Assembly (NCBI GenBank): GCA_965240325.2
Contig: OZ251238.1
Location: 558,001 to 622,000 of the forward strand
From: Rebecca billardiae RCC1528
Lineage: Eukaryota; Protista; Haptophyta
Length of the DNA: 64,000 nucleotides
Reading direction: 5' to 3'
Under the pieces are notes generated by a model. That model did no database searches. It saw only the letters and a program-made list of their open reading frames with translations, and was not told the origin of the DNA. Both the position numbers and the translations under genes were made by a program. Positions 1 through 10,300 of this stretch are shown in pieces. How positions within the stretch are numbered: position 1 is the first letter of the stretch; each line of letters opens with the position of its first letter.

Positions 1-241
1 CTTGCCGCCGTGGTGCATTAGTCGCAGTTAGCTGGCAACCAGCATTCGGAATCAGGGCTGCGGTCACACTCTGAGAAGTATCAAGCCGCTGATGATGTGG
101 CCGGCGCTACTGAAATAAGGCTTCCGAATCATAGCGGCGGCGCGGGCGCGCCGCTGACGGCTCGGATGGCCAGTCGACGCGGGGCGGGGCCGTGCGCCAT
201 CAGCGCATACGTACGAGTACTAGACGAGATTGAAGCCTCAG

Positions 242-479
<238 letters not shown>

Positions 480-638
480 GTCGTCATATACGCGCGACCT
501 CGTCAATATAATAATCGTAGTCGACGATCATCAATAATGGCTCCGCGGGCCAGTCAGTCTGAGTCAGCACGCGATCGCATCATCAGCAACTCATAGTCCG
601 ATATATTATTAGCGTAGGCTGCGCAGCCAGTGTCATCA

Positions 639-3248
639 CTACGTCATCGCCCGCCCCCGCCGATACTCTGACGACTCATCTGTAGTGATGGCGAGGGCAG
701 CGAGCTCATGGCACACATGGCAGACGCTGGCCATCACGGTGTGGCACAGCGCACCGGCGCGCAGCTGAAACGACGGGCGGCTGTGCAAGGCCGCCACCGA
801 AGCTGCAGCCGCCGAGCCACCGCCATCGCCGCCGCTGCTCCCGCCGCTCAGCCCGGTGACGAGGAGCACCCCTGCTTGCTCGGCGCCACTGCCTGCAGCC
901 GTGACGCTCGCGCAGACCGGAGCCGGCACAGCGACAGCGCGTGGCCGGCCACTGGGGTGTCGCTTGGTGCCTATCTTGCGCAGCTCGGCCCACAGCGCGC
1001 GCAGGCTGCCGTGTGACGCATCGGGCCTGGCGGTGATCAGTGTGCGAGCCACGGCAGCTGCCGTGCGTAGTCGCGCGGCCGCTGGTCCTGTGCACACCGC
1101 GTCGGCATCTGCCTGGGCACCGCAGCCAGAGATGCCGACGAGGCTGGGGGCGGCAGCGCACACTGCGCACGGCTCACTCAGCAGCACGTGTGGCTTGCGT
1201 GCCGCGTTCGGCACGGGGGCGAGCACGAGCGCGTGCTCCTCGAGGTAGAGCCCCCCGTGAAAAGTCACGGCGAGCAGGCCGAGCAGCGCCGCGCGCGAGA
1301 GCGGCGGCGGCCGCGGTGCGCCGCTGGCCGTCGCGGCCGGGGATGCACTGAGCTCGAAGCCGCTGCTCGCATGAGCACCGTCCGCCGTGCCCAAAGGCCC
1401 TGGCACTCCGCGCAGCAGCGCGTCCGCACTCGCGACGCGGACGTCATACCCGACCTCCTGCAGCAGCCGCACGGACGGCGGCAGCTGCACGCCGGCCGCG
1501 GTGTGCAGCCACACGGTCGCGAGCGGGTATTGCCTGAGGGCGGCCTCGACCGCCTTGGCTCGCACCATGCGCGCGAGCGGGCTGGGCGCGGGGTGCAGCC
1601 AGACAAAGTGGACAGCCATGGGCTCGGCTGCGCATACGGCGGCGTCGCTGCCACCGCCATCGGCGCCGGTGGACTCCGCCGCCGCAGCCGGGTCGGCTGC
1701 CCGCCGCTCGCGCGCAGTGCAGGCGGCGCGTGCGACCCGCGGCATCCTACCGTGCGTGCGCACGAGCGCACTCACCTGCGGCGTGGCCGGGTTGAGGACG
1801 AGTGCCGCCCACTGCGTCGTGCGCATGCGATGCCAGCCGTGCACGTCCTTCGGGCCGCGCGGCAGCTTCCACCAGTCCGCGCCCACAAGCCGCGTCGCGT
1901 CCCGCGGCGTGTGGAAGAAGTCGACCATCCCGCTCAGCCTCGAGCCGCGCCCACCGCCAGGCAGCTCCTTCTGTCGCGACGGCACGAACACGACGCGCGC
2001 GCCGACTGCGACGGCGGGCGAGGCGACGTGCAGTCTCGAGGTGATCACGAGCGCCGCGTCTGCGAGCTCGCGCAGCCGCGCGCGCGCGCGAGGGAAGCCG
2101 CGAGCGTACAGCACGTCACCGCACGGCACGTCGGATGAGAGCGACTGGTCGGCGGCCGCGCGCACGGCGGCTGGGATCAGCTCAGGCTCAGCCACGTCGA
2201 TCACGAGCGTGCGGCCAGGCGGCACGCGCGCGTGGCGTGTGCTGAGCTGGTCGGCTGGCGGCGTGTGCAGCAGAGCGGTGAGGCAGCCGCTAAAGTACGC
2301 CTGGATCTGCAGCACCGCCGCGCGCAGTGCGCGAAGTGGGCACCAGAGTGGCCGGGCGGTGCGCACGCGCCGCATGCCGCGCGCTCGCGACGGGCAGGCG
2401 GTTGCCGCACCTGGAGCGACCTCAGCTGCTTGAGGGTGTCAAGCGAGCGGCAGCCGATCGGCTGCGCGCGGCGCAGCCACGTGCGGAACGCGCTGTGGTT
2501 GGAGTCGCGCAGCCACGCCGCGGCCCCCTGCAGGTGCAGCCCGATCGGCACGGCCTCGACGGTCTCAGCGTGTGGCACGAAGAGCGCAGATGTGCGGCCG
2601 TGCCTGCGGCCGAGCGTGGGCGTGCGCGTGTGCACGCGCGCGCGGCTCAGGGCGCGCGCTCATGCCGCAGCTCTGCGGCTGGGTGCGTGCGCAGCGACTC
2701 CGTCACGGCCCTCACCGGCACCGGCCTGGGTAGGCCGGGCTGACGGGGCGCAGGCACACACGCTCGCACCATCCATTCATGATGAGCACTGTGTGCGCGG
2801 GCTGCGGCGCTGAGCGCTCGGGCGAGTCCCGCTCCAGGTATGCGTCAGCATGGCCGTCGGCGGTCAGCAGCTGAAGGTCGGCGAGGGACTGCATGGGGTC
2901 GCCTGCGCGCGAGCGCGCGAGAGAGGGGGCAATCCCCGTCATCGCGCGCGCAGAGCGCAGCCGAGCTTTGCGCGCTGCTGGCGCACGCGCGCTTTGGCTC
3001 TGCTGGCGCACGCGCGCTTTGGCGCTGCTGGCGCACGCGCGCTTTGGAGCGCCGCCGGCACCGAGGTTGCAAACTGGCCCGCGGACTGACGATGGTGGCC
3101 CGCCAGCCTGGCTGAGGTACGCGTGGGCGTGGAGGACCGGGTCGAAGGAGTGATTGCCGTAGCTCGTGACCGCCACGCGCTGGCCTCGGCTGCACGCCGC
3201 CAGCGTGATGAGCAGGGGCAGCGCCCCTCGTCGAAAAGCCGCCGCCAT
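639..3248 (-). CDS. Polysaccharide pyruvyl transferase-like protein with a C-terminal GT32/DXD-like glycosyltransferase region; 4 exons
   Basis: GT-AG introns at about 2903-3061, 2604-2769 and 2307-2410 join the motifs NLG|DPMQS, IMNGW|HG, PIGCRS, Q|IQAYFSGCLT and LVITSRLH. C-terminal VHFVW...GGLYLE motif; N-terminal signal peptide. Confidence 0.72.
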
Positions 3249-3495
3249 GCTGACGATACTGAGATCGCAAGTGGGCGTCCTGGTCTAGAACAGCCACACT
3301 CGCCCTCCGTCGAGGGCCCTTGACTCGGTGACGAACTTCAAACTGTACAGCAGTACCAAATACGCCGACGAACGTGCAGTGCTGCCGCTCCGTCGCCGAC
3401 GGGCACCGTATTGTACTGGACCAGCGGCCGCGGCGGCGGAGTCCGCATTCCCCCGCTCGCGCCACTGGAGGCGTACCTCCGAGGTGCGACGCAGG

Positions 3496-4698
3496 ATGTT
3501 CCTGCAGCTGCGCGAATGCCCAGCCGCTGAGGTGGATGCCGACACGTCGGCGTGGCCGACAGCCGTCATCGGCGCGCTGGGCGTGGTGATCGTGCTCCTG
3601 TGCGTGCTCATCCGGGACGTGCGCCATCTCACGGCGGTCGTGCACGCGGAGAAGACCATGCGCGAGCGGCACGATGCCGCCGAGCGCCGCCGGCGCGCGG
3701 TCGAGGCCCTGCGCCACCCGGACCCCGAGACGGATCCCTCGCATCTGATCGCGCCCGCCGACTTGGACACGGTGATCGACCATTGCGTCGAGGCGGCGGC
3801 GAATGCGCGGTACGTGGAGGCGGGGGCGCTGCTCGAGCGGCTGCAGGCGACGCTCGACCACGAGCGCTCGTCCGATGAGCGCCCGCCCGAGCTCGCCGCA
3901 GCGGCCGCGCGGCTGGCGAAGCTCGAGGCGCCGGGCGGCGCGCTCGAGCACGTGCGCGAGCGGAGCGTGACCTGCAAGCAGGTGCTGCACGAGCTGAACG
4001 AGGATGCGGGCTGGAACCTGGCGTCGGACCGCGAGGGCACGCGCGTGCAGTACAAGCGGACCGCCGAGACCCTCTCCGTCAAGATCGACGCGATCGTCGA
4101 GGGCGTCCGCCCGGCGGACGCGCTGTACATCTGGCGCGAGGCGTCCCTGTACAAGCACTGGTTCCCGCTTATGACGGACTCGCGCATGCTGCACGAGGCG
4201 AGCATCACCGACGTGACGCTGCACCTCGTGGCGGACACGATCTTCGCGTACTCGGACCTCGTGCTGCGCGGCTGGGGCTGCGACAACCTGCGCGACGGGT
4301 ACATGCTGCTGTGCGTGCGCCCGGTCCGCTCGGGCCAGCTGCCCGCGGGCGTGCCCGCGCCCGAGCTCAAGAAGACGCGCAAGATGTTCCCCGCGCGCCG
4401 CGTGCCGGCGGTGGTGGACGTGCTGGTCGAGCCGCTCAGCGCGACGTCCGTGCGCTTCGCGTACGCCGCCAGCCTCCCCATCGAGCCGCTCGTGCCGCAC
4501 TGGGCGATCAACATGATCCTGCAGCAGGGGATGGCGCAGATCTTCTTGCGGATGAAAGACATGGCCAAAAAGATGGCGGCGGGCGACAAGGGCTCGCTGC
4601 ACCTGCAGCGCATGAGCGAGCCGGAGCATGCGCACGTGGCGGCGTGGATCCGCGAGCGCGTCGACCCGTACGTCCATGCGCTCGAAGAGACCGCGTAG
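3496..4698 (+). CDS. START/SRPBCC-like lipid-binding domain protein with an N-terminal membrane anchor
   Basis: Long ORF with host-like codon usage; hydrophobic helix VIGALGVVIVLLCVLI; GW..G..V.YK, W.E..LYK.WFP and VP.WAIN segments resemble START-fold proteins. Confidence 0.6.
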   Translation: MFLQLRECPAAEVDADTSAWPTAVIGALGVVIVLLCVLIRDVRHLTAVVHAEKTMRERHDAAERRRRAVEALRHPDPETDPSHLIAPADLDTVIDHCVEAAANARYVEAGALLERLQATLDHERSSDERPPELAAAAARLAKLEAPGGALEHVRERSVTCKQVLHELNEDAGWNLASDREGTRVQYKRTAETLSVKIDAIVEGVRPADALYIWREASLYKHWFPLMTDSRMLHEASITDVTLHLVADTIFAYSDLVLRGWGCDNLRDGYMLLCVRPVRSGQLPAGVPAPELKKTRKMFPARRVPAVVDVLVEPLSATSVRFAYAASLPIEPLVPHWAINMILQQGMAQIFLRMKDMAKKMAAGDKGSLHLQRMSEPEHAHVAAWIRERVDPYVHALEETA

Positions 4699-4871
4699 CG
4701 CCGTCGCGCGCGGCTCGTCAGCGGCGGCGCAGCGGCGGCGCGGAATCATCATGCACATACAGCACCACGCGCCGGGCCGCGGCCGCAGGCCTGCGGTGCC
4801 GCCGCCCCGCCCGCATGCCTCATCATCCGTCAGCATCGTATATACGGCCTCATTAGCTTTAAATAGCAGTC

Positions 4872-4873
<2 letters not shown>

Positions 4874-4909
<36 letters not shown>

Positions 4910-4940
4910 ATATTAAATAATATTATAATTATTTATTATT
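4874..4940. repeat. (ATT)n microsatellite / AT-rich tract
   Basis: Directly visible. Confidence 0.9.
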
Positions 4941-5286
4941 CGTTCGTGGCAATTCGCATCAGATAGTCAGGCGCGCGCGCATCGTCGACGTACTGGCGTC
5001 GACACTCGACTGCAGCGCCAATCAGCATGGTCATCAATGATGGTGGCCTGGTCGTCTCGGTTCGCGATCGGTTCCCCGCCGCGACGGACATGCAGTTTGC
5101 AGACACGGGCATAAGACAGCAGCTGCAGCAGCAGTGGGCAGGCGCAAGCACTCCTCATGCAGGCGCAGCGCCCACGGCCACAGCAGCACGCGGCCGACAG
5201 CAGCAGCACGCGCTCCGCGCGCAGTGATCGGCACGGCCTGGGCCTGTGCGCTGCCAAGCCGCGGTGCCAACGGCCCAAGCGCAGGC

Positions 5287-7083
5287 TCAGCCCGCCTCGT
5301 CAGGCTCTGCGCTTCCGGCAGCGCCGGCGTCGCTGCCTGCGCGTCTCAACGGGGGGCGGCTGTCGGCAGGCGGCGGCGTGGTGCTTGAGGGCCTGCTCCC
5401 GCCGCCGAACTTGCTGCGCATCGCGGCAACCGCCGATTGGGGCCTTGTCTCCTCGGCGGCGGCGGCGGCCTCTGCCTTGGCCTGCCTGATGGCCGCGCGC
5501 GATGGCTCGGACTTGCGCTTGCCGGAGCCGTCCGCGCTCAGAGGCGGCTGCGTCTGCCACCTGAGGCGCATCTTCGCGACACTCAGTGCGCCCGCAGCAG
5601 GGTCCGACGGCGGCGCGCCACCGCCCGTCCCCGGCGCGCCCGGCTGCCCCGACGCCGCCTCGGACGGCTCCCCCTCGGCCGCGCCGTCCGCGGCCGCGCC
5701 GTCCTCGCGCTCGGCCGCGTCGGGCGGCTCCTCGACCAGCTCGAGGTTTGAGACCAGCCAGCCGGTCATCAGGCCGCCGAGGAGGGCGGTGGCGCCGGTC
5801 GCGAGCAGGGCGAAGAGCTGCCACCCCGCCGCGCGCCACCCCGCGCGCACGCCCTGCGCAAGCGCCGCGAGCACCGCGCCGAGCACGCCGGGGAGGCCGA
5901 AGGTGGCGCACACGCCCAGCGCATCGTCGATGCCGAGCTCGGAGCGCAGCCACGGCACGACGCGCATTGTCCCGACGTGCGCGAGCACGCCGGCGGCGAT
6001 GCCGACGCCGAGCGCGCCGCCCGGCGTGATGTTGAGCCCCGCGACGGACGCGACGGCGACCCCGCCCGCGACGCACGCGCGCGCCGCCGCGGCCGCGTGC
6101 GCCCCGCCGCCGCCCACGCCCAGCTGCAGCTCAGCCGCCACGAGCGCGCTGAACGCAGAGCCGATCAGAGCGAGGAGCGTGTTCGCCATCGCCACGCTGC
6201 GCTCGGCGGCGGCGGAGGCGTCGAAGGAGGCGGCGTGGAAGGAGGGCCACGCGAGCCAGAGCAGCGCCGCGCCGCACGTCGCCACGCCCGCCTGCGACGC
6301 GCCCGCCGGCCCGTGGCCGCGCTCGGCGTTCGCGCCGGTCGCCGGCTGCGCGGCGGCCGCGGGCGCGTAGATGCGAGCGGACCACGAGGCGGCGAGGCCG
6401 AAGAAGGCGCCGAAGGCGTGCACGGTGAGCGCGCCGCACGGGTCGAGCACGCTCGGCCCGACGCCCCCCTCCAGCAGCGCGTCGCCGCCGAGCGCGTCGC
6501 CGCCCACCCAGAACGCGTCGTTGAGAACGTGCAGCGGACAGAGCACAAAGCTGAGCAGCGCGAGCCGCTCGGGACCGAGCGTGTGCGCGGTGGCGCCCGC
6601 GGCGACCGCGGCGGAGATGCTGCCGCGCAGCCCGCGGATGAGCAGGCGCGAGTCGAGCTGGATGAAGCGCACGCCCAGCGTCTGCGCGTCCGGCCAGCTG
6701 AGCAGCGCGCCCATGATGAGCGCCGTCTCGAGCGAGATGAGCGCCGAGCGCGACACGTGGGCAAACAGGTTGCGCCAGCTGAGCGGGTCGGACTCGTGCA
6801 GCGCGAGGCCGAGGCCGAGGACGAAGATGACGACGGGCGGGAGGTCGTACACCAGCTGCGCCGCGCCGCCGCCGTGCTCCACCGCCTCCGCGTAGTCCAC
6901 GAGGAGGGCGAACAGGAAAGCGATGATGGCGCCGAGCACCGCGAGCGTGATTGCGTGCACGGTGTGCACGCTCGCGCCGGCGGGCGGCGGCTCCGTCGGC
7001 GTGGGTGGCTCCTTCAGCGCGGGCGGCAGGAAGGGCTCCGCCTGCTCCGACTTCTTCGCGGGGGTCGCCGCGCCCCAGCCCAT
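5287..7083 (-). CDS. Ammonium transporter family protein, Rhesus (Rh)-type, divergent
   Basis: Rh motifs DPCGALTVHAFGAFFGL, LLWLAWPSF, NTLLALIGS, AGGVAVAS and LGIDDALGV...GLPGVLG; many transmembrane helices. Start taken as MGWG. Confidence 0.8.
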   Translation of the reverse strand: MGWGAATPAKKSEQAEPFLPPALKEPPTPTEPPPAGASVHTVHAITLAVLGAIIAFLFALLVDYAEAVEHGGGAAQLVYDLPPVVIFVLGLGLALHESDPLSWRNLFAHVSRSALISLETALIMGALLSWPDAQTLGVRFIQLDSRLLIRGLRGSISAAVAAGATAHTLGPERLALLSFVLCPLHVLNDAFWVGGDALGGDALLEGGVGPSVLDPCGALTVHAFGAFFGLAASWSARIYAPAAAAQPATGANAERGHGPAGASQAGVATCGAALLWLAWPSFHAASFDASAAAERSVAMANTLLALIGSAFSALVAAELQLGVGGGGAHAAAAARACVAGGVAVASVAGLNITPGGALGVGIAAGVLAHVGTMRVVPWLRSELGIDDALGVCATFGLPGVLGAVLAALAQGVRAGWRAAGWQLFALLATGATALLGGLMTGWLVSNLELVEEPPDAAEREDGAAADGAAEGEPSEAASGQPGAPGTGGGAPPSDPAAGALSVAKMRLRWQTQPPLSADGSGKRKSEPSRAAIRQAKAEAAAAAEETRPQSAVAAMRSKFGGGSRPSSTTPPPADSRPPLRRAGSDAGAAGSAEPDEAG

Positions 7084-7385
7084 CGTGACGTCGGCGCGCC
7101 TTCGCGGCTTTCGGCGGGAGCGCTGAGGCGACTTGCCACCGGTGGAGCGCGATCTTGAGGCTGCTTGAAAAGCGTGACGCGCGCGCAGAAGGCTCGTGAC
7201 AACGGAATCTCCCGGCTCGACTGGCGAGCCTGCGAGGGGGTGCGCACCAACCTCAAACCGGGTCGCCCGGCCCGGCCGCTTCGGCACCCACATTGCTCGA
7301 CTTGCCAGCAGCAATGGCGGCGGTGCACGGCCGCGCGCGGCGCTCATCCCGGCTGCGATAGGGCTCTGCCGTGCGCGCGCAGGCC

Positions 7386-10300
7386 ATGCGCGCGGAGACC
7401 ACGGCGTCCAAACGCCTCTGGCAGGGCCATCCGTCGTCGAGCCCGCCCGCCCGCCCAGACGGCGCGCGTGCGCGCGCCGCTTGGGCACACGTCGCGGTGT
7501 GCCGAGCGCTCGTGCGCAAGGAATGGCGCGAGATGGTGCGGCCGGCGTCGAGCTTCGCGCTCGAGGCCGTGCTCTCGGCGACACTTCTCGTGCTACTGCT
7601 CGCATCGACGTGGCAGCCTGCCGCGGCCTCGGCGGCGGCGCACGCCGACCGTCCGGGCGCCGCCGTCGCGCTGCGCACGATCGCAACCGTCGGCGCCCGG
7701 TGGCGCTCGCCTCGCGCCTCCTTTGCCGTCGCGCCGTGCAACGCCTCGGCGCCGGCCATGGGCGAGGTGCTCGCCGACGTTATGGCCGAGCTGCGCGCGA
7801 CGCCGCCGTTCTTCGACGTGCCGTGCTACCCTACGCGCGCCGCCCTGCTCGCCGCCGGCTCGGGCAGTGCCCCCGGCTCCGCTGAGCTGGTGGGCGGAGC
7901 AGTGCTGCGGTGGGCACGGCCGGGGGCGCGTGCCGAGGGCGCGCGCGCTCCGAGCGGCTGCTGCGAGGCGGACGTGGCGTACGAGCTTGTGCTCTCGCCC
8001 CGGACGCGCGCCACGCCCAGCGCAGAGCCGCCCTTCTCGCTCTGGGCCACGCACGCTGTGGAGAGTGCGCTCGAAAACGCTCGGCTGCGCGCGCGCAGCG
8101 ACGCGCGCCCCCGCCGGGCCGCAGAGGGCTCGCCAGGCGCGGCGCGCGCCAGCGCCGCGCGCACGGCGGCGCGCGAGCCGCCGCACGCGCCGGTACCACG
8201 CGCCGGGCGCGTGCGCGTCGACCTCGAGCTCGGCTCGCTCGCCGCCCTCGCCGGGAGCGGCGCATCGCCGGCCCCGCCCTCCGAGCAGCGCTCGGGGCCG
8301 GCGCAGCTGCGCGCGCTGCTCGTGCCGCTGGCGCTCAACCTGCTGCTGGGCATCCGGCTGAGGGCAGCGTACGCGCACGCCGCGGCCGAGCGCGCCGGCG
8401 GCGCGCACTCGCGCCGAGGCGCGCTGCGTGCGCTCGGCGTGGGCCCTTGCGCGTACGTTCCGACCGTGCTGGGCGCGTCGGCCGCGCGCGCGCTCTGCGT
8501 CGCCGCCCCGTTCCTCGCCGCCGCCATGCTGCTCACGGCGCAGCGAGGCGGCGGCGGCGGTGGCGTGGGAGCGCTCGGCGCTGGCGGCTGGCGGGCTGGC
8601 TTCCGGCTTGGCTCGGCGCTGCTGGCGGGCAGCCTGGCGACACACGCCGCGGCGCTCGCGCTGGCGTGCGCAGCAACGGCGAGCGCGAGAGCTGGGGCCT
8701 CGCCTGGCGCTGTGTACCAGTTGTACGTGGCCGCAGCCATTGGGGGCGCGCCCCTCGCGCACGCGGGCCGCGCGGCGGGCGCGGCGGGCGCGGCGGGCGT
8801 GCTGCTGCTCCCGCCGTGCGCGCTGCACGCCGCGCTGCTCGGCTCTGCGCAGGGCGCGCCCGCGTCCGCCATCCCATGGGGGGTGGCGCTCAGCGCGCTG
8901 CTCGCGCACACCGCTGTGTGGTGTGCGCTCGCCATCCGCGCGGACGGCGCGCACGGCGCCGCGGCCGCGCGGGCGTACCCCACCGAGCCCGGGGCCGCCG
9001 TGTGCGCGCGCGAGCTCGTCGGGCCGGCGGGCTGCGCGCGCGCGGCCGACGGCACTCCTGCCGTGAGCGGTGTGAGCCTAGATGTGCGCGCCGGTCAGAT
9101 CGTCGCCATCGTGGGGGCGGCAGGCGCGGGCAAGAGCTCGCTGCTGCGGATGCTCTCGCGGCAGGCGGCGCCGGCGGGCGGCGCGCTGCGCACGTGCGCG
9201 GACGGCGCCGACGACGGCGCCGGCGGGCGCTGCTGCCGGGCCGCGCGCGGGCGCGGCGCCGTCCGCGCGGCCGCGCACCGGCTGGGCGCGTGCGATCAGG
9301 ACGAATGGCTGTGGGGACAGCTCAGCGCCGCAGAGCACGTCGAGCTGGCGTGCGCGCTGCGCGACGCCTCGGCGCGCGCGTGCGGCGAGGCGGAGGCCCA
9401 CACGGAGGCGGAGCCGACGGCGTGTGGCCGGGCGCGGCCGGCGGCGGCAGCGGAGGACGGCTGGTGCGCCTCCGCCCGCCCGGCCGCGATCGGCGCGGCG
9501 CCGACGCGAGGCTGCGTGGCCATGGCCCTCGCGCAGGTTGGGCTGGGGGGCTCCCTCGCGCACGCGCGCGCCGCCACGCTGTCCGGCGGGCAGCGCCGGC
9601 GGCTCTCGCTCGCGATGGCCGTGGCGCGCGCCCCGCGCCTCCTCGCGCTCGACGAGCCTCTGCGAGGGCTGGACGGCACGGCCCGAGCTCGAGTGTGCGC
9701 GCTGCTGCGTCGGGCGGTCGCAGGGCGCGGCGCGCGCGGCGGTGGCGGCGGTGGCGGCGCGGCGGTCCTCTGGGCTACGCACGAGCACGGCTTCGCGGAG
9801 CTTCTGGCGCACGCGTTCATCGCCCTCGGGCCGAGTGGCGCGCCCATCGCGACGCCCGCCCCGCGCGTGCGCGTGCTTGCCCAGCTGGGCGCGGGCGCGC
9901 GCGCGCGGTTCGATCTGTGCGCGCTAGGCGCGGCGCCGCATGCGACGGCACCGCGGGGTGCGGGCGCGTGGAAGGCGTGCGAGCGCGCGCGACGGCGGGC
10001 CGAGCACGTGCTTCGCGAGCACGGCGCGGCGCTGGCCTGCGTGTGCGTGCAGGCGGACACGGCCGCCGGGCGCGCGCCCGCGTTGCTGCTGCGCGCCCCG
10101 CCCACGCTCTCGGGCGAGCGCGCGCTGCGCGCGGCTGTGCGCGCGCTGCGCGCGGCTCGTGTCGACGCGCGCGCGGCGCGGCGTGCGCGATGCGGCGCTG
10201 TGCCTGCGCCCAGCGTGCGCGGCCTGCCGCCACCGCCGCCGCGAGGCACGGCCAGCTACCCGCCTGCCGTGGCGGGACACGCAGCCGCGTCTCAGCCCAC

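Noticed and set aside
2845-4836. Long antisense and alternate-frame ORFs (also 24560-27217, 44203-45780, 7910-10792 and others)
   Set aside because: Shadow ORFs caused by extreme GC3 opposite or overlapping real genes
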